In this document: positions 26,367 to 35,797 of the stretch, piece after piece
How positions within the stretch are numbered: the stretch's first letter is position 1
How the letters are laid out: the number at the start of each line of letters is the position of its first letter
From: Bacilli bacterium
GTDB lineage: Bacteria; Bacillota_I; Bacilli_A; RF39; UBA660
DNA: 64,000 nt
Assembly: GCA_017622175.1 (NCBI GenBank)
Contig: JAGARQ010000027.1
Coordinates: 6,416 to 70,415, forward strand
Reading direction: 5' to 3'
The notes under the pieces: generated by a model
What the model was told of the DNA's origin: nothing
Seen by the model: the letters and a program-made list of their open reading frames with translations, nothing else
Databases searched by the model: none
Position numbers and translations under genes: made by a program

Positions 26367-26867
26367 CTAACTATGGATTTTTATTGTTATTTTATCTGTC
26401 TCTTTAGTTTCTGATTTTGCTTTAATAACAATCTTATATGTATCTTCAGTTTTTTTCTTAGAACTTAACTTATTATTTTCAATTAATAAGTCGTTTTCTG
26501 TTATTAGATTATCTGAAGAATTATTTTTATATACTTTAATTTCTAAATTTTCTGTTGGTGTTATATCTAAATCATAAGTAATTGCTTTTTCTAGTATTTC
26601 TTTTTCTTTATAATTAGTAACTACAAGGATATATTCTTTTGATTCATCTTTAGCTAAATCTTTAGCTTCTACACTTAATTCACTTTCGGAATGTTCCTCT
26701 AAAATAGGAATTGTTAAGTCATTGGAATCATCTTTATAAATATTATCTAGATTTAGAGCAACAATTCCAAGTACTGCAACTAAAGCAATTAATCCTATAA
26801 AAGTTAATAATAGCATTTTATCTTGTTTTTCTAATTTTTTAGTTTTCTTTTTAGTGTTCTTTTTCAT
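26367..26867 (-). CDS. Small N-terminally anchored protein, unknown function
   Basis: A basic N-terminus plus TM (LLLTFIGLIALVAVLGIVAL), then a beta-rich ~110-aa body loosely resembling the 181-aa protein at 5772-6317. Confidence 0.5.
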   Translation of the reverse strand: MKKNTKKKTKKLEKQDKMLLLTFIGLIALVAVLGIVALNLDNIYKDDSNDLTIPILEEHSESELSVEAKDLAKDESKEYILVVTNYKEKEILEKAITYDLDITPTENLEIKVYKNNSSDNLITENDLLIENNKLSSKKKTEDTYKIVIKAKSETKETDKITIKIHS

Positions 26868-26907
26868 ATTTCTAACCTCTTACTTTATCTTTTATTTAAG
26901 TTTATCA

Positions 26908-27438
26908 TTAATCTTTGCTTGTTGCAAGAACTGTAAGTTGATATGGAATAATCATTGGTTTAATATTGTTTGTCATATTATAAGTTACTAATAGTTTTAC
27001 TTTTATTTGTTCATTGGGAAAAAGTGTTTTGTTATTAATTTCAGTATGAGTTATTCTTACTGGTTCAATTGAAGAACTTAGTTTTCCATCTTTTATATAG
27101 TCTGGTGATGATATTAATTTTATTACTTTAGCTGGAATATCGCCTGTATTTTTGATTGTTATTTCATAGGCAAGTTCATCTTTTGGATTATTTAATGTGA
27201 AGTTAAATTTAATTGTTCTTCCATCATCTATTAATTCTTTTGTTGCTGTTGGGTCTATTAGTCCACCTTTTATTGATGTTTGAGCTTCTACTTTAGTAAT
27301 AGAAACATCAAATGTATCGACTTTATTTTTTTCTTTATCTAGTTGTGATGCTAAAAAAGCAAAGCCTACCCCCATTAGAATTATTGTTATACATAGCATG
27401 ACAATTATTAGATTTCTAATATTAATATTTTTTTTCAT
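26908..27438 (-). CDS. Small exported protein with a SipW-cognate-like signal (TasA-like fold suspected)
   Basis: The signal is LIIVMLCITIILMGVGFAFLASQLD. LAYEITIKNTGDIPAKV is similar to the xNTG block of the 217-aa protein at 54979-55632. Confidence 0.5.
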   Translation of the reverse strand: MKKNINIRNLIIVMLCITIILMGVGFAFLASQLDKEKNKVDTFDVSITKVEAQTSIKGGLIDPTATKELIDDGRTIKFNFTLNNPKDELAYEITIKNTGDIPAKVIKLISSPDYIKDGKLSSSIEPVRITHTEINNKTLFPNEQIKVKLLVTYNMTNNIKPMIIPYQLTVLATSKD

Positions 27439-28314
27439 TTAACATTGTCCTTTCTTATATTCATCAATAGATGATTGATAACAATAGTTGTAATTATTAT
27501 TCTTTACTTTAATACTTATATAAGCATATACTTTTTTATTTTCTACGTAATACCAGCTTGTTTCATCTGGAAAAATTGTTCCACTTGTATTTGCTGGTAT
27601 TTTAGTAATTTCTAAAGTTTGTTCTGAAATACTTTGATTAGTAATATTGTTGTCTCTTACATATTTTTCTATTTTCTTATATACCGTATCTGTATAGTTT
27701 CTTGAATTATCTTCAGTTATATTTTCTTTGGAAATTCCCGGTGTTGTCGAAACATTATTTTTATAACGTCTGACAATATTTTTAGATATTAATTCTACTT
27801 CTTTTAAATTACTTTCTTCATCTTCTTTATTTATATCCAGACTTAGAGCTTTATCTTTTATTGTTGTTGTTTCTTCTTGAAGAATAACATTTACTTCTAA
27901 ATCTGATAATGCGTTTAATAAATTGTTTTTTACTTGTGAATAAGATATATTTTTATAATTTTTAATTATTAAAAAGTAATTTTGTTTTAAATAATCATTT
28001 TCTATTAATAGTTCTATTATTTTTTTTGTTCCTTCTTTAATAGTTAAGCCTTCAATATTTTGATTATATAAGCATATTGACTCTTGGTCGAAGAATAAAA
28101 TATTTGAAATTATTTTATCTTCGATTATAAGAGCAAAGTTTGGTTTACTATTAATCGTTATTTCAATAATATCTGTGTATTTGTCTGTTGCGATAAATTT
28201 ATCGCTGCTGCCTTGAGTTTCTTTATATTCTGGGATTACTTTGAATATTAAAGAACACATTATTAGAATAAAAACTAAAATTATTCTTATAGTTATTTGA
28301 TGTTTTTCTTTCAT
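27439..28314 (-). CDS. 291-aa membrane-anchored protein, unknown function
   Basis: An N-terminal TM. It abuts the PBP2B stop and the next gene, with 1-nt and 0-nt gaps. Confidence 0.5.
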   Translation of the reverse strand: MKEKHQITIRIILVFILIMCSLIFKVIPEYKETQGSSDKFIATDKYTDIIEITINSKPNFALIIEDKIISNILFFDQESICLYNQNIEGLTIKEGTKKIIELLIENDYLKQNYFLIIKNYKNISYSQVKNNLLNALSDLEVNVILQEETTTIKDKALSLDINKEDEESNLKEVELISKNIVRRYKNNVSTTPGISKENITEDNSRNYTDTVYKKIEKYVRDNNITNQSISEQTLEITKIPANTSGTIFPDETSWYYVENKKVYAYISIKVKNNNYNYCYQSSIDEYKKGQC

Positions 28315-28315
28315 A

Positions 28316-30466
28316 TTAAGCTGAGAATTTTGGTTGAAGTGTAAGAGTCATTTCTAATCCTTCAGTTATTTTAGTATCTGCTGGTATAGATTGTGCTGTT
28401 ACGTAACCTACTCCTTCTAATTTTACTTTTACTCCCATTTTTTCTAATAATTCTTTGGCAACCTTTGATGAAAGACCTATTGTATTTGGAATAGATAGAT
28501 TTTCATCATTAGTAATTAAATATATTACATCTTTATTTGTAATGTTTGTATCTTTTGATGGTGTTTGTTTTATTATTTTTGTACCATTTCCAATAATTTG
28601 ATATTGCATTTTTTCTGCTTCTAGGATTGTTTTTGCAGAGTCTACTTTTTTATTTACAAAGTTTGGTAACTTATAGTTTGTAATTTCTATTGATGAAGTG
28701 TTTGTATCATTGTTACCATAATATTTGGAAATATTTCTTACAACATCATGTAGGGTTGTTGTTAAAGGTTTTTGACTTCCGTTTTGTGGTCTTTTTACAG
28801 ATGCATAGATAATTACTTGAGGATTATCTTTTGGATATACACCTGAGAATGATGTAATTACATCTGATTTCCCGTTTAAATATCCTCCACCATTAGGATT
28901 GGCAATTTGAGCTGTACCTGTTTTTCCTATTAATTGTCCACCTTCCATTTTGAAGTTGGTTGCAGGTACTGTTGGATAATCAGTTGAGTTAATGGCAGCA
29001 TCCATTAGTTGTAACATTTTGTTTGCTGTTTCAGTTGATGCTACTCTTCTTTTTTCTGTACGTTCATTTTCTAAAACAATTTCGCCCGTTTCAGGGTCAA
29101 CAATTTTTTCTACAATGTATGGTTGTAATAACATCCCGCCATTTGTTAGGGCTGTCATTGCTTGAATATTTTGGATTGGTGTTGTTGTTATACCTTGACC
29201 AAATCCTGCATTCAGTACTTCGGTTTCATATTTAAAGTTAACGACTCCTGTTGACTCGTTAGGTAATTCTATTCCTGTTTTTTTACTAAAACCAAGTTGT
29301 CTAAAATATTGTCTTAACATTAGACTGTTCATATGTCTATTAATAATATTCATACAAGCAACGTTACTACTCATGGCATAACCTTTGTCGAATGTTAATT
29401 GTCCCCATCCAGAACGATTCCAGTCTCCAATTACAGTTCCATCTTTGGCTGTATATGTTCCTGATGTATATGTTTCAGTTCCATCATAGACATTATTTTC
29501 CATAGCTGCCATATATGTAAATGTTTTCATTGTTGACCCAGGTTCATATGGTGATGATACTAAGATATCCAAATAATTAGAAATGTTTCTTATATTTGGA
29601 TCAAACGATGGAGCATTTGCTGTTGCAAGTATTGCTCCAGTTTTTGCATCAGCTATTGTAAAAGTATACCAATCAAAGGTATAGTTAGCCACTGCATTGT
29701 TTAATGCTTGTTCTACAAAGAATTGAATATTACTATCAATTGTTAAATAAATATCTTTTCCTTGAGTTGCATCTTCTTTTACTGATGGTGTTCCTGCTAT
29801 TTTATATCCTTTTAAGTCTTTTTGATATTTTATATAACCGTCTGTACCTTTTAACATTGAATCAAATTGTTTTTCAATTCCCATTTCACCAACTATTTCT
29901 TCACTTTCAGCTGATGATTTGGCATATCCTAAGACATATGAAGCAAATTGTCCTTTTGGATAATATCTTTTATAGGTTTCAATAAAATCTAATCCTGGTA
30001 AGTTTAGGGCTTCTATTTGATTTTTTACAAGTTCTGTTAAACCTTTACCTTTTGTACCAAATTCTGTTTGATAAACATTTTCTTTACTTAAATATTTTAA
30101 TACTGTTGCTTCTTCTATTCCTAGAATTGGTGCTAAAGACTTAGCAGTTAATTCTTTATCAATTACATGTTGTGGTTTATTCTCATTAGTTGTTCTTTTT
30201 GGGTCTAGATAAGCAATAAGTTTATATGATGCAACATTTTCGGCTAGAATATCTCCATCTGTTGAATAGATGTTCCCACGTTTTGCTTGGATTATTTCTG
30301 TTCTTGTTGTTCTTTTACTTGCAAGTAATTGGAGATTTACTCCATCTATTTCATCCGATAACGCTAGTTGAGATACTCTAAAAATCATCACAATAAAAAG
30401 AAGAAGAGCTCCCACTACTATTATTACTGAATAATGTATGTTGTTTCTCTTCTTCTTTTTTTTCAA
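28316..30466 (-). CDS. Class B penicillin-binding protein (PBP2B/FtsI-type) with two C-terminal PASTA domains
   Basis: Motifs are SxxK (GSTMKTF), SxN (MSSNVA) and KTG (GKTGTAQ). Its position after ftsL is the expected one. Confidence 0.85.
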   Translation of the reverse strand: MKKKKKRNNIHYSVIIVVGALLLFIVMIFRVSQLALSDEIDGVNLQLLASKRTTRTEIIQAKRGNIYSTDGDILAENVASYKLIAYLDPKRTTNENKPQHVIDKELTAKSLAPILGIEEATVLKYLSKENVYQTEFGTKGKGLTELVKNQIEALNLPGLDFIETYKRYYPKGQFASYVLGYAKSSAESEEIVGEMGIEKQFDSMLKGTDGYIKYQKDLKGYKIAGTPSVKEDATQGKDIYLTIDSNIQFFVEQALNNAVANYTFDWYTFTIADAKTGAILATANAPSFDPNIRNISNYLDILVSSPYEPGSTMKTFTYMAAMENNVYDGTETYTSGTYTAKDGTVIGDWNRSGWGQLTFDKGYAMSSNVACMNIINRHMNSLMLRQYFRQLGFSKKTGIELPNESTGVVNFKYETEVLNAGFGQGITTTPIQNIQAMTALTNGGMLLQPYIVEKIVDPETGEIVLENERTEKRRVASTETANKMLQLMDAAINSTDYPTVPATNFKMEGGQLIGKTGTAQIANPNGGGYLNGKSDVITSFSGVYPKDNPQVIIYASVKRPQNGSQKPLTTTLHDVVRNISKYYGNNDTNTSSIEITNYKLPNFVNKKVDSAKTILEAEKMQYQIIGNGTKIIKQTPSKDTNITNKDVIYLITNDENLSIPNTIGLSSKVAKELLEKMGVKVKLEGVGYVTAQSIPADTKITEGLEMTLTLQPKFSA

Positions 30467-30479
30467 TTTAAATCACTTC

Positions 30480-30776
30480 CTAGTCTTCAGTTACAGTTTT
30501 TATATTATTATTATTATAACTCAATCCTTGTTCAGCTGCAACTTGTTGAATTTTGGTAAGTGAAGCTAACTCATCAATTGTCATAGCTATACTTTCATTT
30601 ACTTTCTCTTGTTCTTCAATTTCTTTCTTTTGTTTTTCTACTTCGAAATTAATTTTAGCAAGAGTTGCTTTTGAAGCAACAATTGAAACTGGGGAGATAA
30701 CTAGTAAGAAAAGTGCCAATGTATATAGTAATCGTTCAAATTTCGACATCTTTAGTCGTTTTTTTACTTTTCTCAT
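30480..30776 (-). CDS. ftsL: Cell division protein FtsL
   Basis: 98 aa with a single TM plus a coiled coil, lying between rsmH and the PBP gene. Confidence 0.65.
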   Translation of the reverse strand: MRKVKKRLKMSKFERLLYTLALFLLVISPVSIVASKATLAKINFEVEKQKKEIEEQEKVNESIAMTIDELASLTKIQQVAAEQGLSYNNNNIKTVTED

Positions 30777-30795
30777 AGTTTCACCCTCTTTCTTC

Positions 30796-31728
30796 TTATT
30801 TTATTCTTTCTATAACGCGAAGTTTGGCGCTTCGTGCTCTAGGATTATTTTCTAATTCTTCATCTGATGGACTTATAGCTTTATTTACTACTAAGCTAAA
30901 GTCTGGTAAATATTCTTCTGGGATGTTAGGCATTCCTCTTAGACGTTCGTCTATAGCACATTTTTCCTTAAAGAAATTTTTTACTAGTCTATCTTCTAAT
31001 GAGTGGAATGTTATAACTGCAACTCTTCCACCAACTTTTAAAATTGATAATGCTTGTTCTAAAGCTGGTTCAATAACATCTAGTTCTTTGTTTACTTCAA
31101 TACGAATTGCTTGAAATATTTGTCTTGCTGGATGTTTATCAATTCTAAATTTCATTGGAACTGCTGTTTTTATTATTTCTACTAATTCAAGTGTGGTTTC
31201 AATTGGTTTAGTAGCTCGATATTCCACTATTTTTTTAGCAATGTTATTTGAAAATTTATCTTCACCATATTTATAAAATATTTTAGATAATTCTTCTTTT
31301 GAATAATTATTTACTACTTCGTATGCTGATAACGGATTATCTCTATCCATACGCATATCAAGTCTTGCATCCTCGTGATAAGAAAAGCCTCTTTCTCCAT
31401 CATCCAATTGTGGTGATGATACACCAAGATCAAATAATACTCCATCGACTTTTTCTACACCAAGTTCTTGTAGTTTTTCTTTTAAATGCACAAAATTGCT
31501 TTTAATGATAGTGAAGTTAGTACCAACCGCATTTAAACGGTCAGTACTATGCCGAATTGCTTCACTATCTTGGTCAAAGGCGAATAAAAACCCCTTTTTT
31601 ATTCTAGCCAAGATGTTACTACTGTGTCCTCCATAGCCTAAAGTGCAATCTACAATTATACTATCATCTTTTAAATTAAGGGAAGAAATAGATTCTTCTA
31701 GCAATACACTTATATGTTTTTCTTTCAT
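30796..31728 (-). CDS. rsmH: 16S rRNA (cytosine1402-N4)-methyltransferase RsmH
   Basis: Motifs HISVLLEE and DCTLGYGGHS. It overlaps the mraZ stop by 4 nt. Confidence 0.9.
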   Translation of the reverse strand: MKEKHISVLLEESISSLNLKDDSIIVDCTLGYGGHSSNILARIKKGFLFAFDQDSEAIRHSTDRLNAVGTNFTIIKSNFVHLKEKLQELGVEKVDGVLFDLGVSSPQLDDGERGFSYHEDARLDMRMDRDNPLSAYEVVNNYSKEELSKIFYKYGEDKFSNNIAKKIVEYRATKPIETTLELVEIIKTAVPMKFRIDKHPARQIFQAIRIEVNKELDVIEPALEQALSILKVGGRVAVITFHSLEDRLVKNFFKEKCAIDERLRGMPNIPEEYLPDFSLVVNKAISPSDEELENNPRARSAKLRVIERIK

Positions 31729-32162
31729 ATGTTCACGCTCTCGTTAAATAAATTTTCGGCTATATCTGACATGTTGCTTGATGCAGAATCAAAGAAAGCA
31801 TCCCAATCTTCTTGTGACCATATCTCTAACCGGTCTCCTGTACCAATTACCACACAATCTTTTTGTAATTTGGCATAGGAAATTAATGGGGAGGTAATGT
31901 TGACACGGCCCTGCTTATCAAATTCTGCTGTAGTAGCTCCAGATAGGAAGAAGCGAACAAATTGTCTTGCATCTTTCTTAGTGAATGGTAAGGATTCTAG
32001 TTTGTTGGTGATTTTTTCCCAAGAAGACAAAGAATACACAAAAAGGCAGTTTTCTATCCCTCTTGTGATAATAAACTTTTCTCCTAAGTCTTCACGGAAC
32101 TTAGAAGGAATTATAATTCTTCCTTTTTCATCAATAGTATGATGATATTCACCCATAAACAT
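31725..32162 (-). CDS. mraZ: Transcriptional regulator MraZ
   Basis: The start is reset to MFMGEYHHTIDEKGRIIIP (ATG 32160-32162). The track's upstream extension is made of the operator repeats. Confidence 0.9.
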   Translation of the reverse strand: MFMGEYHHTIDEKGRIIIPSKFREDLGEKFIITRGIENCLFVYSLSSWEKITNKLESLPFTKKDARQFVRFFLSGATTAEFDKQGRVNITSPLISYAKLQKDCVVIGTGDRLEIWSQEDWDAFFDSASSNMSDIAENLFNESVNI

Positions 32163-32170
32163 AAATATCC

Positions 32171-32195
32171 CCCACTTTTCACCACTATCAACCAC
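32171..32195 (-). promoter_or_regulatory. MraZ operator: three direct GTGG(G/T) boxes with 10-nt periodicity
   Basis: The minus strand reads GTGGT-TGATA-GTGGT-GAAAA-GTGGG, between a TATAAT (32202-32207) and the mraZ start. This matches the known MraZ repeat architecture. Confidence 0.6.
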
Positions 32196-32276
32196 TACTT
32201 AATTATAATATTACATAAATGGCTATAAAAAGTAAAGGAAGAAAATTATTTTTGTTAACAATTTTACAGTCGTTTA

Positions 32277-32308
32277 CAAAAAAAATAAGTCAAAAGCATT
32301 GACTTATT
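32277..32308 (-). terminator. Terminator after the 508-aa TPR gene
   Basis: A 10-bp stem AATAAGTCAA/TTGACTTATT followed by a T-run on the minus strand. Confidence 0.65.
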
Positions 32309-32338
32309 TAAGTTTTATATTTTTTTGGTTTACACTTT

Positions 32339-33865
32339 TTAATTTTGTGGGGATTTTTTCTTTGTTTTTGACTTTTCAGTTCTAAATTCACACTTTTTAG
32401 GAACTGTTGCTCTATGTCCTGGATACATAGTTAAAATATTTTTAGTGCTTGGAAATACTACAGCTCTAATATGGTGGACTAAATTATTTTCTAAGTCATA
32501 TCCTGCATTACGATATTCTATTTCGTATATATCCATTGCATCTTCATTAACTAGATTATCTTCTGTTAGCATACTTCTTACATCATAATATAACACTTCA
32601 ATATTTATATCTTTAGCAAAGTTACCTCTAGTTTTAGATGCTCCTTTATGATGTTGTTCAATATGAGCAATTGCATCTTTTTCTTTATATTTAATTATTT
32701 GTCTTTCTGTATAAGAACAAGAATCTCTTGGTGGCATCTTTTTGCCTAGTCTTTTATTAACTATCATTTCAACATATTCTACTGGTGAATCTTTCCAGTT
32801 TTGTGGAATATGTTTTTTTAATCTTGAAACATATTTTAAAACTTCTCCGTATTTTTCTTGTCTTAATAAGACTCCGATTAATTTTGTATATGTTATTTCT
32901 GACGTTTCTCTAGCGTTACTGATACTTCTTTTAAAATTAGTTTCTGCATATGATAATCTTCCTCTAGCAAAGTCTAAGCTTCCTGCATAATAGTATCCTT
33001 GAGCACGTATATCACGATCTGTTGCTCGTTCAGTTGATAGAAGATAGTTCTCATAAGCTTCTTGATATTTTTTTGTAGCTTGTTTTGCTATTCCCATTAA
33101 GAGATTTATTTCACCATTAAAGTGATTATCAATGGATAATAATTCTTCACAATATTTAATTGCTTCTTGGTATTTATCGTAGGCTATTAATAGTTTTATT
33201 TCTTCATAGATTGCTTTATAGTAAATAGAATCTTTTTCATCACCATCTTTGGCATCTTCATAATAAAACATTGCTTTGTCATATTCGTCATTAGCAGCTG
33301 CTATTCTTCCTTTATTTAAAGACATATCTCTTTCTTCTTTTCTTGTTTCTGGTGGAAACTCTTCAAGTAATGCAAAAGCCTCTTGTCTTCTACCAACGAT
33401 TGAAAGATTCTTCGCAAGTTCTTTTGCTAGTTCTGGATTAAGGGTACATTTATTTATTAGTTCTATTGCTTCTAATGATCTTTTTTCATATCTATAAAGA
33501 TGAGCAAGTACATTTACCGCATAAATATCTGTGTATTCACTATCTTCTATTACTTTTTTGTAATATTTAATTGCTTCTTCAGGGTCTCCTTCTTTACGAG
33601 CAATTGTTGCGAGATTCATTAATGCTTTTACTTCATTTTCATCTTGGAATTCTAAAACTAATTGAAACTGTTTACGAGCTTCTTGAAGTTCATTTTTTCT
33701 TAATAATAATTTTCCATATAAATAGTGGCCTAAAACATCGTCTGGATATGTTTTAACATAATTAACTATTTCATATAAAGCCCTTTTATAATTAGCTTCT
33801 TCTATTAAGTTTCTAATTTGATTTAATTTGTTTTGTCTTTTCTTTATACTATTACCCTTACCCAT
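32339..33865 (-). CDS. TPR-repeat protein with an unrecognised ~130-aa C-terminal domain
   Basis: Multiple 34-aa A/Y/L-patterned repeats. The C-terminal domain is shared with the 374-aa paralogue (AIAHIEQHH...YEIEYRNAGYD...IRAVVFPSTKNILTMYP). Confidence 0.6.
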   Translation of the reverse strand: MGKGNSIKKRQNKLNQIRNLIEEANYKRALYEIVNYVKTYPDDVLGHYLYGKLLLRKNELQEARKQFQLVLEFQDENEVKALMNLATIARKEGDPEEAIKYYKKVIEDSEYTDIYAVNVLAHLYRYEKRSLEAIELINKCTLNPELAKELAKNLSIVGRRQEAFALLEEFPPETRKEERDMSLNKGRIAAANDEYDKAMFYYEDAKDGDEKDSIYYKAIYEEIKLLIAYDKYQEAIKYCEELLSIDNHFNGEINLLMGIAKQATKKYQEAYENYLLSTERATDRDIRAQGYYYAGSLDFARGRLSYAETNFKRSISNARETSEITYTKLIGVLLRQEKYGEVLKYVSRLKKHIPQNWKDSPVEYVEMIVNKRLGKKMPPRDSCSYTERQIIKYKEKDAIAHIEQHHKGASKTRGNFAKDINIEVLYYDVRSMLTEDNLVNEDAMDIYEIEYRNAGYDLENNLVHHIRAVVFPSTKNILTMYPGHRATVPKKCEFRTEKSKTKKKSPQN

Positions 33866-33879
33866 GATAGTTCCTCCAA

Positions 33880-34512
33880 TTAGTTTGTTATTTTATTTTC
33901 TATAGCATAATCTAAAACTTCTAAAAAGTTTTGATCTTGTTCAAAATATGGTCTATCATGATTCATCCAGGCATATGACCAAGTAATTTCTCCTTTTTTC
34001 ATTCTTTCAATTGTATTTTTATTATGATTATCACTTTCTAATTGATCTTTTAAATCTACTAGATTTGCTTCATCATATAATTTACATTGTAGGTCACATT
34101 CTAATTTATCGCAGTGATACGCAAATAAAGCTTCTTTAGTTTCTTTAGCATCAAATTCAAAGACTAGTTTTTTTATTTCTTCACCTGATAATAAGTCTTT
34201 TAAAATGTTTTCTACTGCTTCATGACCAATCTTTTCTTTTTCTTCTTTACTAATATCTTTAAACGTTAAATCGCCAATAATAGTTTCTTCTAATTCGTGG
34301 ATTGCTAACATATAAAGAACTTTTTGGATATCTAGGTCATATTTATATTCTGAATACATTGCTAGAGCAAGCATTTGTGTAGCATATACATGTTCTGCTA
34401 CACTCTCTACTCTTTCTGCTTTAACGTGCCAATTTAGCCATCCTTTTCTAATTAGAGTCTTTAATGTATTTGTTGTGTTATAAAATTTAATTACGTTTTG
34501 TGCTTTATTCAT
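33880..34512 (-). CDS. HD-domain hydrolase, YfbR-like 5'-deoxynucleotidase family
   Basis: ESVAEHVYATQMLA (H) and LAIHELEETIIGDLT (HD...D). Confidence 0.65.
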   Translation of the reverse strand: MNKAQNVIKFYNTTNTLKTLIRKGWLNWHVKAERVESVAEHVYATQMLALAMYSEYKYDLDIQKVLYMLAIHELEETIIGDLTFKDISKEEKEKIGHEAVENILKDLLSGEEIKKLVFEFDAKETKEALFAYHCDKLECDLQCKLYDEANLVDLKDQLESDNHNKNTIERMKKGEITWSYAWMNHDRPYFEQDQNFLEVLDYAIENKITN

Positions 34513-34594
34513 AATGTCACTCCCTATATATTACTATATCTTTTTAATTATAGATTTGTAAAGAAAAAGACGTTTTAAATTACGGCTTTTATTT

Positions 34595-35719
34595 TTATAT
34601 ATTTTCTTTTTTAGCTAAGCGAGCATTGAATCGTTCAATACGTGTTAGTTTTTTTCCTTTATCTTGTAAATGCAACGCTTTGTTTTCTTTAAGTATTGAA
34701 AAACTTACAGGGTACATGGCAATAATATTTTTTGTTCCGGCTATCGTAACAACTCTAATTCTGTTTAAAATATTTCCATCTTCATCATAACCTGCATTTG
34801 GATATGCAACATCATATACATCTCGTAAATCAGTATAGCCTTTGTTTTCATCAGTTAATTGAATTTGTATATCTTTAAGAAGTGTTTCAATATCAATATC
34901 ACTTGAAAATTCTGTCTTTTTATCTCTTTCACTATGATGATTTTTCTTGATGTGAGCTATTGCTGCAGATTTTTGATATTGTTGAACTTGTCTTGTACTA
35001 TAACTTCTAGATTTAATATTAGGAAGTGGTTCATTTAAAGCTTTTGCTAAAAAAATGTCTAATTCAAGATCATAAGATAAATGTGCATCTTTGGCTTCTT
35101 TTAATATTTGTCTTAATTCAGTATATCTTCCTTGTCTAAAGTAGCAACATGCTAATACATTTATTATTTTATTATTTAGCCCAGACATTTTAACATATTC
35201 TTCTACATATTCAGTTGCCTTATCAAAATGGCCAACAAAGTACTCTAAAGTAGCTAAGCTAAATAAACTTGCTCTTTTCACACTATCACTTTTAGTTTTA
35301 TTAAGGGCCATTTGGTAATTTTGAGAACTTTTTTTATAGTCTCCTTGCTCTTCGTATGCATGTCCTATTACTAAATATGCAATTCCATCATTAGCATATT
35401 CTGTTTTAATAGCTTCTTTACAGCAAGAAAATGTTCTATCGTAATCTTGTGTTTCTAAAGCAAGCTTTGCTTCTTCGCAAAGAATTTGATAGTATTGTGG
35501 ATTTGTTTTATCAAGTCCTTCTTTTGCTAGTAATAAATAGAAGTCCGCTAGGAAATATTTTTTTAGATTTAGTGCTAGATGAGCTTTTTTCATATTAAGA
35601 AATCTCATAATACGTTCATCATTAACTTGTATTTCACTTAATCTATTAAGTGCTTCTTCTAAATGACCATTTTTTATTAAATCTTGAATTTCTTTATCTA
35701 TTCTATAATACATAGTCAT
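34595..35719 (-). CDS. TPR-repeat protein, paralogue of 32339-33865 with the same C-terminal domain
   Basis: TPR-like repeats followed by AIAHIKKNHH...YDVAYPNAGYD...IRVVTIAGTKNIIAMYP. Confidence 0.6.
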   Translation of the reverse strand: MTMYYRIDKEIQDLIKNGHLEEALNRLSEIQVNDERIMRFLNMKKAHLALNLKKYFLADFYLLLAKEGLDKTNPQYYQILCEEAKLALETQDYDRTFSCCKEAIKTEYANDGIAYLVIGHAYEEQGDYKKSSQNYQMALNKTKSDSVKRASLFSLATLEYFVGHFDKATEYVEEYVKMSGLNNKIINVLACCYFRQGRYTELRQILKEAKDAHLSYDLELDIFLAKALNEPLPNIKSRSYSTRQVQQYQKSAAIAHIKKNHHSERDKKTEFSSDIDIETLLKDIQIQLTDENKGYTDLRDVYDVAYPNAGYDEDGNILNRIRVVTIAGTKNIIAMYPVSFSILKENKALHLQDKGKKLTRIERFNARLAKKENI

Positions 35720-35767
35720 CCCCCTGTTTTAGATATTTATATATTTTAATACAAATGATATTTATTG

Positions 35768-35797
35768 TAAATAAAAAGAAAGTATTACTACTTTCTT
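35768..35797 (-). terminator. thrS terminator
   Basis: A 9-bp stem AAGAAAGTA/TACTTTCTT that includes the stop codon, followed by a T-rich tail. Confidence 0.55.

Noticed and set aside
32163-32195. The N-terminal extension of mraZ in the track (MVDSGEKWGIF).
   Set aside because: The extension consists of the three GTGG(G/T) operator boxes, and MraZ proteins start at MFMGEY.
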